Source: Candidatus Cloacimonadales bacterium
GTDB lineage: Bacteria > Cloacimonadota > Cloacimonadia > Cloacimonadales > WRIO01
NCBI GenBank assembly: GCA_041654875.1
Contig: JBAZCP010000004.1
Location: 23,795-87,794 of the forward strand
Direction: 5' to 3'
DNA: 64,000 nucleotides
Part shown: positions 21,701 to 31,703 of the stretch, piece after piece
Layout of the letters: each line of letters begins with the position of its first letter
How positions within the stretch are numbered: position 1 is the first letter of the stretch
Translations under genes and position numbers: made by a program
Notes under the pieces: generated by a model
The model's input: the letters and a program-made list of their open reading frames with translations, nothing else
Databases searched by the model: none
Told to the model about the DNA's origin: nothing

Positions 21701-22260
21701 TTAACAATTCGTCTTTAGAAAAATTCCAAATCATTCTTTACCCTAAAAATAACAGTGATGGCGATATTGTCTTCCAATATCATACAATAGATAACCCTGC
21801 ATCATCAAATAACTACGCAACTGTCGGTATTGAAAACCATTTACAAAATGATGGGGTTTTATATACTTACGCAAATATTTACCCTCCAACAGCATCTACT
21901 TTAACAGCAAATTTAGCTATTAAATTCACAACTGATGCCCCTGACAACTACGTAGCAAGCGATGAACAAATTGCCAGCCCAATTGCGTTAAACTTGCATC
22001 AAAACTATCCAAATCCATTTAACCCTACGACCTCAATTGCCTTTGAAATACCAAAAGAAGGTGAAGTTAGCCTTGAAATATATAACATTAAAGGACAAAA
22101 GGTTAAAACTTTAGTGGCTCATAATCTTGCACCAGGAAACCACAAAGTCACATGGAACGGAACAGATGAACAAAACAAGCAAGTGTCATCAGGAATTTAC
22201 TTCTACAAACTTAATTTCGAACAACAACAAATGATGAAGAAAATGATTCTGATAAAATAA
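18712..22260 (+). CDS. Gingipain-like (peptidase C25 family) large surface protein with T9SS C-terminal sorting domain
   Basis: The start at 18712 (MKKTCLIISLF signal peptide, AAAGGAG SD) is preferred over the track start at 18595. C25 core LLIVGD ... YRGWGSGNGW ... SIVCDNGDFD. The CTD reads NYPNPFNPTTSIAFEI...SGIYFYKL. Confidence 0.8.
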   Translation: MKKTCLIISLFMLILGINAYQVDEDIVQTPLFEHQAVNQANIVQIELENKLLDWNLAKSADIENFTFSKTYALPYHNIELDIQSIVLESYNQNGERVQNRNISIDDFAVISNQFIFKEMRGFTINFNPVFVNNNEITIVKNAKLNIIGNNKAEEAEAVSEAFISLYEHLAANYHGSYLSNTPIKKPSMLIISHNVLETYLNTYIQWRKASGFDIHVINKETIGTNPTNTQIKQAIVNYYNDASNKPDYLLIVGDSNNSSYFKLPTFYVQAPDNPEVCATDLDYTLIEGDDYFPEMLVGRFCVDSVTEFQTIVSKTIKYERTPAQNTNNWQNKALVVAGNYASGNLIPTSPVDTSRWMYEKFKASGYTVVDTVFYQNESGSGSSPEYLTEQIINAVNSGVQYITYRGWGSGNGWQFPIFYRNHVNATNNNGRTPIIYSIVCDNGDFDNSNYDPCFGEVWMAKGTATESDGAVGFVGPSYLYTSTALNNCISSGMLRSVLDEYARIFGTTVMRGKIELYNNFPNARANGENVPFYFRIYNMLSDPALSMWKLSPKNMTHNLPETIDESTNHIEINVPGIVHGYATCTKDNNNYTYAKITDGYALLPIDNTIEGNARVTITAKNYLPVVKSITVNQSNSVSLVSHTFDNDGLISGQSSVLSLTIKNFSNETISNANVQITAASDFTSFDESNIDLGNIAAGESKTVSTTVNVSSECPDQTVETFLLSFSPSNNTAKFSAIIGGLAFDITNAQVNNSSGIINPGNTETIKFTAKNISSINAQNLSVTINPMTNAVECDSSPISINDINAGNTAEISFELSVQENAYVGRIAQFYADFTTADGKSSRAYFAITIGNVDNTAPTGPDKYGYFAYDSNDTNYPQAPVYNWIELDDNTATTILLRDDESASINLPITFRYYGQDYDSMTICSNGWVSFIETWQNDFTNWNIPAALGPYAMLAPYWDDLKGLMTAPGTWDPVKVRYYHDQQNNRFIIDWKDTYNGFNNSSLEKFQIILYPKNNSDGDIVFQYHTIDNPASSNNYATVGIENHLQNDGVLYTYANIYPPTASTLTANLAIKFTTDAPDNYVASDEQIASPIALNLHQNYPNPFNPTTSIAFEIPKEGEVSLEIYNIKGQKVKTLVAHNLAPGNHKVTWNGTDEQNKQVSSGIYFYKLNFEQQQMMKKMILIK

Positions 22261-22276
22261 ACAATTAAAAACAATA

Positions 22277-22305
22277 GACCCCATTCATTTGGGGTCTTTT
22301 TTTTT
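22277..22305 (+). terminator. Rho-independent terminator after the C25-like gene
   Basis: GACCCC (22277-82) / GGGGTC (22291-96) stem followed by nine T. Confidence 0.8.
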
Positions 22306-23019
22306 GCTTAAAAAATAAATAAAGACTGCTTTATAAACGTGTCTAAACCTCCCTTTATTCTCTCTTGCAGCCATTAAGAAGCCCCATACAAACCCTATGG
22401 TTCTCCAAGATAGCAGGAGGAATGTAAATGGAATGGACTGGGAGATTGAATGAAATAAATGAGAGAAAACATTGTTTTTTCGATATGCTACAGTTTTAAA
22501 ATAACACACAATTATCAGTTTAGATGAACGCAGATAAAGTGTTGATTTACTCTAATGTGGGTATTATGATAAGAGTATAATAGCTAAGTTCCATTTCAAT
22601 ACTAATATTTCTTCGATATGATGCCGAGTTAAGTCCATGTTGACTTCCATTTATTAACGTTAGAAAAATCAATTTGGAGATTATCTCATTTTTGTAAAGA
22701 CACTCTTTTTTGATAGCACATAATAATGCTTTTATTGATTTCACATAATCATAATATTGGTTCAACAACTTATAAAACTTTTTATGCCCCCTCTATATAT
22801 ATATGCGTCCGAATTTCAGCTTTTTTAAAACTATTTTCATCTATTTTTAAAAACAGGCTCCCAGAGCGGGTTTAGAGCAGCTTTTTTTTTTAATAATTTC
22901 TGAAGGCATAGGCAAATTCCTCACCTTTAACCAAACAAATGCTCTAAAGTTTAGCTCTCTCAAAGCAATTAATTTACAAGATATACTTCTCAGACTTATT
23001 AAATCAGGTTTTTACAATT

Positions 23020-23056
23020 AAAAAACGAAGAGGCTCAACACAAGATTAGCCTCTTC
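23020..23056 (-). terminator. Rho-independent terminator after the MscS-family gene
   Basis: GAAGAGGCT (23027-35) / AGCCTCTTC (23048-56) 9-bp stem. The T-run on the minus strand corresponds to the plus-strand A-run at 23020-23025. Confidence 0.7.
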
Positions 23057-23140
23057 AATAATACATATTCTTTTACACAATCATTTACAACCCGATAGCC
23101 ACAAAACACAACTTATGATGATATTAACACCAGTAAATAG

Positions 23141-24736
23141 TTATTTTTGTAAATCAACAACATTATGAATATGGCAAATAAGGTCAATATTGTTTTCATT
23201 AAAGATTTCTACTATATTTCCATATAGCTCTGAGCTTGCACGCCTCATTTTAAATGGATCATTAATTGCTGCATTTAGCTCATACTCGACAACAGATTCG
23301 TTCAAAGCTGTTTGCAAGACAAATGGTTCTCTATCTTTCAATACATCACTTGTCTTTTTTGCTGCGATAATTAAAAGCTCATGCACTTTTGTCCATGGAA
23401 CATCAAAACCAAGCTCTACTTTGAGCTGTAACACAAGCCCATTTTCGTGGCTATGACGGCTAAGGTCGAATATTTGTCCTCCCAAAACAATTGAATTAGG
23501 AATTGTAACCTCAATATTTTGGAATGTCTTAATCTTGACAACAAGCAGTGAGCTTTCTATCAATTCACCTTGTGTATTCCCAATTCTCACAAAATCTCCG
23601 ATTTTGAATGCTCGCATATAAGTCAATATTATACCTGCAACTATATTAGCAATAGCAGAGCTTGAGCCTAATGAAAATAACACGCCCACAAAGATTGAAA
23701 CCCCTTTAAAAGCAGGAGACTCTGAGCCTGGTAAATATGGAAAGATTATTACAATAACAAAAAAATAGATTAAAAATTTTGCAATTTGAAACGTTGAGTC
23801 AGCCCATTCTGGATAGAAGTTCTTAAATTTTATCGTACCCTTTCTTAACTCATCAAAAAAGTATTTCAAGAATTTAATTACATATTTTGCGATAAATAAT
23901 ACTACCACAATAAAAAAGATATTTGGCAAGTAATCAAAGAAGGCTCTACTAATATTGATAATTGGTCGAGTTAAATAATGTTGCAATTGCCTTGCAATAT
24001 CTTGAGTTGCTGGGATAACATATAATATTAGATATACAGCATTGTACAAAATAAAAAGATAAACCAAAAATTTTGCTAACTTTACAAGAAACATTAATGA
24101 GTTCTTAACTTGTGTATAGCTAGTCAGATTAACGCCTCTGATATGAATACCATTGGGAAGTTTATCTGTAAGCCTCTTCACAAAAAACTCTGTTTTATGC
24201 CATATTTTATTGATAAATCGCAATATATAGTAGGTGGCTATCACAATTAATGCTATTAATAATATTATTATTGTCGCTGAGATAATCTGGTTCTTTAAAG
24301 ATAAAGAGCTTAATAGGGGCATTAATTCCTTTTTGATACTATCATGTATATCTTCGGCAATTGCCATCTTGTCTTTTTTCAATACCTGAACATCGTCGTC
24401 AGTGATATAAACCAACGGTGTACCATAATAGCTAATAAAGACATCTTTACCTACATTTTGAATTAACAAGCTATCAGGGTTGCTCTTTCTATTCGTTTTA
24501 ATTGCTTCAAATCTTGATTCAATTATTTTCACTCTCTCTATCAGGCTGATATGCTGATACCCTGAATATAAACGAAATATCTCTTTTTGATTCAAAAAAA
24601 CTGGATAACCTTCTTCTACCTGTTCCTTAGATGTCTCTGCAAATAAAAAACTAAAACATATAAGAAAAAGTATTAAACTTAAAAAGTACTTTGATTTTAC
24701 ACGATCTTTGACAATTGTATTCATTTTAACCTCCAC
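23141..24736 (-). CDS. Mechanosensitive ion channel family protein (MscS-like)
   Basis: 531 aa. Multiple TM helices, then IGDFVRIGNTQGELIESSLLVVKIKTFQN, the MscS beta-domain signature. Confidence 0.85.
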   Translation of the reverse strand: MEVKMNTIVKDRVKSKYFLSLILFLICFSFLFAETSKEQVEEGYPVFLNQKEIFRLYSGYQHISLIERVKIIESRFEAIKTNRKSNPDSLLIQNVGKDVFISYYGTPLVYITDDDVQVLKKDKMAIAEDIHDSIKKELMPLLSSLSLKNQIISATIIILLIALIVIATYYILRFINKIWHKTEFFVKRLTDKLPNGIHIRGVNLTSYTQVKNSLMFLVKLAKFLVYLFILYNAVYLILYVIPATQDIARQLQHYLTRPIINISRAFFDYLPNIFFIVVVLFIAKYVIKFLKYFFDELRKGTIKFKNFYPEWADSTFQIAKFLIYFFVIVIIFPYLPGSESPAFKGVSIFVGVLFSLGSSSAIANIVAGIILTYMRAFKIGDFVRIGNTQGELIESSLLVVKIKTFQNIEVTIPNSIVLGGQIFDLSRHSHENGLVLQLKVELGFDVPWTKVHELLIIAAKKTSDVLKDREPFVLQTALNESVVEYELNAAINDPFKMRRASSELYGNIVEIFNENNIDLICHIHNVVDLQK

Positions 24737-24749
24737 GCTTTTTCAATTA

Positions 24750-26615
24750 TTATTTTTTAATATCTCTAAGTGGGATTTCGATTACAAATTCAGTTCTGTT
24801 TCCTGATAGATTATAAAATACTCCTTTATGTTGGCTTACTAATGCAGATATTAACTGCATCCCAAAACCTTTGGAACTTGATAAATCAAAATCATCAGGC
24901 AATTTTAATCCACTATTTTTAAATTTTATAACCAACTTGTCTTCTATTTCTTTTGCTGACAACCAAATATGGTTTTCACCATCATCTTGAAATCCATGTT
25001 TGATAGAATTGCTAATAAGCTCATTTATTATCAACCCCAATGATGATAATACATCTGGTATTAATTCTATTTCATCGACATCAAAATTGCTATGTATTTG
25101 TACTTTTATATAGTTAGCTTGCAGAATATCATGAACCAAACCATGAACAAACAACTTTAAATCCAACTTTGAAAATGTATTATAATAAAATAAATTATCA
25201 TATAGTATTCTCATACTTGACAGATACTTAGCTGAATCAATTAATATCTCCTCTGCATCTGTGCCTTTATGCTCATCTGCTTTTATCATCAGTAAGCTAT
25301 ACATTGTATTCATATTGTTTTTCATGCGATGATGAGATTCTTTTAATTGCAATTCATTAGTTTGCAATAAATTGTGTATCAACTCATCATTTGTTTCTCT
25401 TTCAATCTCTTCTGTTGTTCTCACCGAAACAACTCTCAATACTTTTTCATGAATACTTTCTTTGATTAAAGGTTTTGTGTCTATCAAAGAAATCAACCCA
25501 ATAGGAGAACCACTTTTGGAAATAAGAGAAATACCAAGAAATGATTCTGCACCTATTTGCTGTAACATTTCACAAGAAGGATAGTGCTCACAAACACTGT
25601 GTTGATAATAGCATATGTGTTGTTCTATAACTTTTTGACACGGCATATTCTTGACTGGATAGCTAATTTTTGCATGACTCTCACCATTGAAATGCATAGC
25701 AAGAGTGTCGACATATCCATTAGAATATTTACCAATCATTACACAGCTTACACCAAATAGTTCGGATAAGAATCTGGCTAAAGCTTCAAAGAAGTTCTCT
25801 TCTGCATTATGAAAAGTATTAATTATAAACTCTTGCGTATCGCTAATAATCTTATGTTCAGTTACATCGTTAAAGATTGTTGCAAACCCTTTTTCCCCAA
25901 TTGGAAAAGCAAGTACATCATAATATTTACCAAGCCCTTGCGAATATTGAGAAAAATTAAAAGTCTTGCCTGTTTTGACAACTTTTGCATAATACTCAAT
26001 CCAATAACTCTCAGTATTTGGCAATACCTCTAAAACAGTTTTACCTATTATTTCTTTTGCAACTAATCCTGTGATTTCTTCAAAAAATGGATTTACTTCG
26101 ACAAACCTATAGTCAACTGCCTCACCATTTTTATCATAAACCAGCTCATGTATTGCAAAAGCTGACATCATATTACTAAATAATTGTTTATAATTATAAT
26201 CAGACTCTTTCAATTGTCTTTCTTTTTTAATAGAATCAAACAACTTGAATGCCATCTTTATCGAAGCTATCAGAACTGTCTCGCCAGAATCTTTCACAAT
26301 ATAGCCAAATGAGGTAATATCTTCAGTCTTTTTAACTATTTCTGGTTCAGTATGGGATGACAAAAACACAAGTGGAACATCATGTCTTTCAAGAATTATT
26401 TTTGCAGCATCAGTTCCCTCCATGCCAATACCCAAATCTATATCCATCAACACCATATCAAAATATGGGTCTGAATCTATGAGCTCTATTGCTTTTTCTC
26501 CAGAATTTACGTGAACAACATCAAAGTTATTAATAGTAAGTGTGCGCATTCCCATCATTGCAACGAAAGAATCATCTTCAACTAATAATATCCTTTTTTT
26601 GCTATCAGACTTCAA
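24750..26615 (-). CDS. Hybrid sensor: receiver + PAS + GAF-like + HisKA_2/HWE-type histidine kinase
   Basis: N-terminal receiver (LLVEDD...MDIDL), a PAS region, the H-box ESHHRMKNNMNTMYSLL and the ATPase N-box INELISNSIKHGF. Confidence 0.85.
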   Translation of the reverse strand: MKSDSKKRILLVEDDSFVAMMGMRTLTINNFDVVHVNSGEKAIELIDSDPYFDMVLMDIDLGIGMEGTDAAKIILERHDVPLVFLSSHTEPEIVKKTEDITSFGYIVKDSGETVLIASIKMAFKLFDSIKKERQLKESDYNYKQLFSNMMSAFAIHELVYDKNGEAVDYRFVEVNPFFEEITGLVAKEIIGKTVLEVLPNTESYWIEYYAKVVKTGKTFNFSQYSQGLGKYYDVLAFPIGEKGFATIFNDVTEHKIISDTQEFIINTFHNAEENFFEALARFLSELFGVSCVMIGKYSNGYVDTLAMHFNGESHAKISYPVKNMPCQKVIEQHICYYQHSVCEHYPSCEMLQQIGAESFLGISLISKSGSPIGLISLIDTKPLIKESIHEKVLRVVSVRTTEEIERETNDELIHNLLQTNELQLKESHHRMKNNMNTMYSLLMIKADEHKGTDAEEILIDSAKYLSSMRILYDNLFYYNTFSKLDLKLFVHGLVHDILQANYIKVQIHSNFDVDEIELIPDVLSSLGLIINELISNSIKHGFQDDGENHIWLSAKEIEDKLVIKFKNSGLKLPDDFDLSSSKGFGMQLISALVSQHKGVFYNLSGNRTEFVIEIPLRDIKK

Positions 26616-26624
26616 TTTTCTTTC

Positions 26625-27212
26625 CTATAGAAGGTTTTTTAAAACTTGTAATATCTCTTTAAATGCTTGTGCTCTATGACTTATGTTATTTTTTACTTGA
26701 TCAGATAATTCTGCAAATGTTTGATTATAGCCATCTGGTTGGAATATTGGGTCATAACCAAAACCTGCACTGCCATGTTCCTCATCAATTATCTGACCAT
26801 AAATAACGCCTCTACAACTAATAATCTCATCTTTATCGGGAAAAGCAAGGCTTACAACAGTTTCAAATCGTGCTTGCCTATTAGTCTTCCCTTTCATATT
26901 ATAAAGCATTTTTTTAACATTATCTGTGTAACTACAGCCTTCTCCCGCATAACGAGCGGCATGTACGCCTGGCTCATCATTTAATGCAGTAACAAAAAGC
27001 CCAGTATCATCGGCAATAGCTGGTAATTGTGCAAATAATGCGGTTTCTTTCGCTTTTTTTGCAGAATTACCTTCAATAGAATCTTGATCTTCATCGATAT
27101 CGGGCATACCAACTATTTCTGCAGAGCATAAAAGCTCCAAATCCAAATTACTTAGAATAGCTTTAATCTCTTTAAATTTATCTCGATTTTTAGTTGCAAT
27201 AACAAGTTTCAT
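26625..27212 (-). CDS. rdgB: RdgB/HAM1 non-canonical purine NTP pyrophosphatase
   Basis: MKLVIATKNRDKFKEI, DDTGL, GFGYDPIF and SHRAQA motifs. Confidence 0.9.
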   Translation of the reverse strand: MKLVIATKNRDKFKEIKAILSNLDLELLCSAEIVGMPDIDEDQDSIEGNSAKKAKETALFAQLPAIADDTGLFVTALNDEPGVHAARYAGEGCSYTDNVKKMLYNMKGKTNRQARFETVVSLAFPDKDEIISCRGVIYGQIIDEEHGSAGFGYDPIFQPDGYNQTFAELSDQVKNNISHRAQAFKEILQVLKNLL

Positions 27213-27221
27213 AGATATTAT

Positions 27222-27761
27222 TTAAGATAGCCTTTTAAAAATCTCTTTTACTGAATTTATGACAGGATTATCAAGTTTATCTTGTATTTTACTATTAATT
27301 GAACGTATGAGCTCGATAAGATTCCTGCTACCACTCCAATTATCAGTTAAAACTTTTTCATCTGTATCAGCTAAAATTTGGTCAAGTGCAAGTGCAACTA
27401 ATACTAAATCATCAATATATCCCACAAAAGGAATAAAGTCTGGTAAGATATCAATTGGCAGGATTAAGTAGCCGATTACTGAGCCAAGAAATACTTTTTT
27501 AGATGCTGGAATACGCTTATCCAAAAATAATCTGGTAAGTAAAATAAAAAAGTCGGGCAAAAGAAAAAGAAAATCAGACAGTTGTAACTTAGATGGGTCT
27601 TTTGACTGAGGCAATTTATTGCCCAGCTTTTTTCTTAGCTTTTCATAAAAGGCTAATTTTTGAGGCTCATCAAAGATTATTTTTTCATTAATCTTATTCA
27701 ACATTTCCTCATCAAGCTCTTCAGCTTCATAATGCTTCTTTAAAACATCTTCATCTTTCAT
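27222..27761 (-). CDS. DUF1232 (YkvA-like) membrane protein
   Basis: PIDILPDFIPFVGYIDDLVLVALAL is the DUF1232 signature. Confidence 0.75.
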   Translation of the reverse strand: MKDEDVLKKHYEAEELDEEMLNKINEKIIFDEPQKLAFYEKLRKKLGNKLPQSKDPSKLQLSDFLFLLPDFFILLTRLFLDKRIPASKKVFLGSVIGYLILPIDILPDFIPFVGYIDDLVLVALALDQILADTDEKVLTDNWSGSRNLIELIRSINSKIQDKLDNPVINSVKEIFKRLS

Positions 27762-27855
27762 TCTATACCCCCTTTTTATTTACTTTTACCAACTTAAACT
27801 AATTAAGTAGCCTCTATATTAATATAACGTTTTTTTTAATAGTGTCAATAAATTT

Positions 27856-30504
27856 TTACAAGCCTCCATAAATATCTTTTGTTTTATTTAGTTTATCACT
27901 CACTTCTATCTCTTTTTCTCGCTCTTTTTCAACAACTTCTAACTTAGCATTTTTAACAAAATTCTCATTAGCAAGCTTTTTTTGTATGACGGAAAGCTCT
28001 GATTCAAGCTTGGATATTTGCTTTGATAGCCTATCCTTTTCTGATTGTATATCAATCAAACCTTCAAGAGCTAAGAAAATCTGAACATTTTGAGCGACTG
28101 CTGCCAATGATGATTTTGGCTTGTCTACTTCGATATCAATAATAGAATTTTTGACTTTTGCCAGCTTTTTCAAATAGCTCTGATATGCATTAAATAAATC
28201 AACTTGCTCTTTGTCAACACATTTGATAGTAAGCTCAACTTCTAATCCAGGAGATAAATTTACCTGCTTTCTCAGGTTTCTTATCGCACTAATAGATTCC
28301 ATTATCAGTGCCATATCACTCATTATATTATCATCAATTAAAGCATCGTCACAAATTGGATATTGGGCAATTATCAAAGCATCTTCATCCATTGGGTAAT
28401 ATTCTTTTATTATCTGCCATATTTCTTCAGTGATAAAAGGCATGATTGGATGCAATAACCTCATTGCCTGCTGAAATACTTCAAGTAATACCCATTTAGT
28501 TGTTAAATGTACACTTATATCAGTTTCTGTATAAAACTTTTCTTTTGCTATTTCAAGATACCACGAACAAAAATCATCCCAAATAAATTGCATTAAGATC
28601 TGTGCAGAATCATTAAACCTGAGATTCTCATAATCTTCTCGGCTTTGCTTAATGGTTTGATGCATGCGGCTCAATATCCATTTATCTGCAAGGTCAAGTT
28701 GCAACTCATCTTTATTTGGCAAACCATCGATTTTCTCAATATTCATTATCATAAAGCGAAATGCGTTCCAAATCTTATTGCAAAAGTTACGACCAGTCTC
28801 AAGAATAGCATCTGAATAATATGAATCTTGCCCTTTTGGTGTATTAAAAATCATACTAAAACGCAATGCATCTGCTCCAAACTCTTCGATTATATCTATT
28901 GGGTCTGGCGAATTACCCAGCGATTTACTCATCTTTCTGCCTTTTTCATCACGAACTATTCCATGCAATAATACTGTATCAAAAGGAATCTTATCTTTAA
29001 ATTCTAAAGTTGCCATAATCATTCTTGCAACCCACAAGTAGATAATCTCTGGTGCTGTTATCAAAAGCTTTGTTGGTAAAAAATACTGCAAATCTTCCGT
29101 CTCATTGGGCCAACCCATCGTTGAAAAGGGCCACAGCCATGATGAAAACCATGTATCAAGCACATCTTCATCTTGTTTGAATTGAGTATGTCCGCATTTC
29201 TCGCATTTACTTGGCATTTTGGAGCTTACCACCATCTCATTGCACTGTGTACAATAATAAGCTGGTATTCTGTGACCCCACCAAATTTGTCTTGAGATAC
29301 ACCAATCACGAATATTATTCATCCAATGCATATAAACTTTAGTCCAACGTTCTGGTTGAAAGCTAATCTCTTTATTTTCAACTACTTCAATAGCACGTTT
29401 TGCCAAAGGCTTCATGCGTACAAACCATTGGTCAGACAAATAAGGCTCTACAACAGTATCACAACGATAGCAATGCCCCACTGCATTTTCATGATTTTCT
29501 ATTTTATCTAAAAGATTCTGTGATTCAAGCATTTCAATTACTTTTTTACGACAAGCATATCTATCCAAGCCTACAAAATCTTTGCCAGCATTTTCATTCA
29601 TTACTGCTTCTTCATCCATCACTATCAGCTGCTCAAGATTATGCCTCAAGCCTACTTCAAAATCGTTAGGGTCATGAGCAGGAGTAATCTTTACGCACCC
29701 ACTGCCAAAGTCTTTATCTACATAATCATCTGCAATGATTGGAATTGTTCTATTTGTCAAAGGCAAAATAAGCTTCTTACCAATTATGCTTTTATACCTT
29801 TCGTCTTGAGGGTTGACGGCTACTGCGACGTCGCCGAGCATAGTTTCAGGTCTTGTTGTAGCAATTATTAAAAAGCCTTTTCCATCTTCATAGGGGTATT
29901 TTATATGCCACATTTTGCCTTGTGCATCTTCATGTTCAACCTCGTCATTTGCAAGTGCTGTTATACAACGTGGACACCAATTTATTATATACTTACCCTT
30001 ATAAATTAAATCCTTTTGATATAAATGAATAAAAACATCTTGAACTGCTTTTGACAAGCCTTCATCCATCGTAAATCTCTCACGCGACCAATCGCATGAA
30101 GCACCCAACTGTTTCAGCTGCTCAATAATATGTCCACCTTTTTCTTCTTTCCATTTCCAAATAAGTCTTACAAGCTCGTCTCTACCAATATCATGTCTGT
30201 TTTTTCCTTCTTTTGCCAAATCTTTTTCTACCATGTTTTGTGTTGCAATGCCTGCATGGTCTGTACCTGGTATCCACAAAGTTGGCTCTTGATTCATCCG
30301 GTGATAACGTACTGCAACATCTTGTAATGTATTATTTAAGACATGCCCCATATGCAAAATACCTGTAACATTTGGAGGCGGTATTAGAACAGTAAAAGGC
30401 TTTTTATTTTTATCAATTCTTGGCTTAAAATATCCATTATTTTGCCAAAATTCATACCATTTCTTTTCAATCTCTTTTGCTGAATAATGCTTATTCAATT
30501 CCAT
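27856..30504 (-). CDS. valS: Valyl-tRNA synthetase
   Basis: 882 aa. PPPNVTGILHMGH (HIGH), KMSKSLGN (KMSKS) and a C-terminal coiled coil. Confidence 0.97.
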   Translation of the reverse strand: MELNKHYSAKEIEKKWYEFWQNNGYFKPRIDKNKKPFTVLIPPPNVTGILHMGHVLNNTLQDVAVRYHRMNQEPTLWIPGTDHAGIATQNMVEKDLAKEGKNRHDIGRDELVRLIWKWKEEKGGHIIEQLKQLGASCDWSRERFTMDEGLSKAVQDVFIHLYQKDLIYKGKYIINWCPRCITALANDEVEHEDAQGKMWHIKYPYEDGKGFLIIATTRPETMLGDVAVAVNPQDERYKSIIGKKLILPLTNRTIPIIADDYVDKDFGSGCVKITPAHDPNDFEVGLRHNLEQLIVMDEEAVMNENAGKDFVGLDRYACRKKVIEMLESQNLLDKIENHENAVGHCYRCDTVVEPYLSDQWFVRMKPLAKRAIEVVENKEISFQPERWTKVYMHWMNNIRDWCISRQIWWGHRIPAYYCTQCNEMVVSSKMPSKCEKCGHTQFKQDEDVLDTWFSSWLWPFSTMGWPNETEDLQYFLPTKLLITAPEIIYLWVARMIMATLEFKDKIPFDTVLLHGIVRDEKGRKMSKSLGNSPDPIDIIEEFGADALRFSMIFNTPKGQDSYYSDAILETGRNFCNKIWNAFRFMIMNIEKIDGLPNKDELQLDLADKWILSRMHQTIKQSREDYENLRFNDSAQILMQFIWDDFCSWYLEIAKEKFYTETDISVHLTTKWVLLEVFQQAMRLLHPIMPFITEEIWQIIKEYYPMDEDALIIAQYPICDDALIDDNIMSDMALIMESISAIRNLRKQVNLSPGLEVELTIKCVDKEQVDLFNAYQSYLKKLAKVKNSIIDIEVDKPKSSLAAVAQNVQIFLALEGLIDIQSEKDRLSKQISKLESELSVIQKKLANENFVKNAKLEVVEKEREKEIEVSDKLNKTKDIYGGL

Positions 30505-30511
30505 ATATCCC

Positions 30512-31069
30512 TCATTTAATATAATTTATTTTCCTCAAAAAATGCTGATGTGACCAAAAACAGATATCAGGTAATTCTTCTTGATTATAAAAAACTGCTT
30601 CTAAAGCATCATCACCTGCTTGCAAAATACCGCCTACTTCTTTCATTAAAAACCCAAAAGATAAAGTTCTGAGATAAATAGGAGAATAACCAGTATAAAA
30701 ATCTATAAATGACACTATCTCGCCTACTAAACCTGTTTCCTCCTCAAGCTCTGCTACAGCACATTCTTCAGGGCTTTGCCAAAGCTCTATATAACCGCTT
30801 GGCAAAGCCCATTCGCCTGCATGTGGTGCAAGCTTTCTTTTAACTAATAAAAGCTCATTTTTATTATTTATCACCACACATGCAGATGCTGGTATGGGGT
30901 TTTTATAATAAATCCAACCACAATTCGGGCAATGCGGTCTCTCCTTGTGTTCGCGATCTTCTTTTAAAATAAGCCTTGTGCCGCACCTAATACAGTTATT
31001 TACTTCATCATACATTTGTTTAAAATCATCCATATTTTTAACAATTTTATTATTAAGCTTTAATGTCAA
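30512..31069 (-). CDS. Nudix hydrolase with N-terminal zinc ribbon (NudC-like)
   Basis: CIRCG...CPNCG zinc ribbon, then the Nudix box GEWALPSGYIELWQSPEECAVAELEEETGL. Confidence 0.8.
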   Translation of the reverse strand: MTLKLNNKIVKNMDDFKQMYDEVNNCIRCGTRLILKEDREHKERPHCPNCGWIYYKNPIPASACVVINNKNELLLVKRKLAPHAGEWALPSGYIELWQSPEECAVAELEEETGLVGEIVSFIDFYTGYSPIYLRTLSFGFLMKEVGGILQAGDDALEAVFYNQEELPDICFWSHQHFLRKINYIK

Positions 31070-31290
31070 GCATTTTTTACATATTAGCTGTATACTCGTC
31101 TATTTGAGCGAACTATCCATATATTATGAATAATCTGTTAATATAAAAAATCTGACAATAAATAGATTATCTAACAAAATTATACTTCAAAACATATGCA
31201 GCTTACTTTATGCAATCGATAACTTTCAATCAATACAATGATTGTCAAATGTGCAGCCATGCCTCCTCAATACAGTAAACCGTGCCTTTA

Positions 31291-31572
31291 TTATGAAGCT
31301 TTATTACCTCTTGTTATTCTCAGACCACTAAAACCTGATATTACTGCGATATAATAACCAATATTGTACAAAAGCCCATTATTATGCACTTCATAAATAC
31401 TTAAATGTGGCTTAAAAATACTGATAATCAATGATATCGGTGCTATTAATCCATGCCAAAAGCCCCCAAAAAAACCAGCAATATTGTCTTCATTGTTTTT
31501 ACCATCTCCTGGCACACAAGCACAAAGTAGTAACAAAATCACTATTAAGAGTAATATTTTAGCTTTACTCAT
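31291..31572 (-). CDS. Small lipoprotein/membrane protein, unknown function
   Basis: 93 aa. Lipobox-like LLLLCAC followed by two hydrophobic segments. Confidence 0.45.
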   Translation of the reverse strand: MSKAKILLLIVILLLLCACVPGDGKNNEDNIAGFFGGFWHGLIAPISLIISIFKPHLSIYEVHNNGLLYNIGYYIAVISGFSGLRITRGNKAS

Positions 31573-31703
31573 TTTGCCTCCTCAGCTATTTCTCGATTAT
31601 TTTCTAATCTATAGTTTTTCAAATAACTTTTTAATCTGTTTAAAACCGCCATTTACTTATCAATAGCTTTGTTATTTGATTATAGCCTTTTGCAAAAAAT
31701 ACT

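Noticed and set aside
22285-22768. Two minus-strand ORFs of 74 and 73 aa in the 22.3-23.0 kb gap.
   Set aside because: There are no ribosome-binding sites, one uses a TTG start, and I recognised no motifs, so I treat them as chance ORFs or possibly pseudogene debris.
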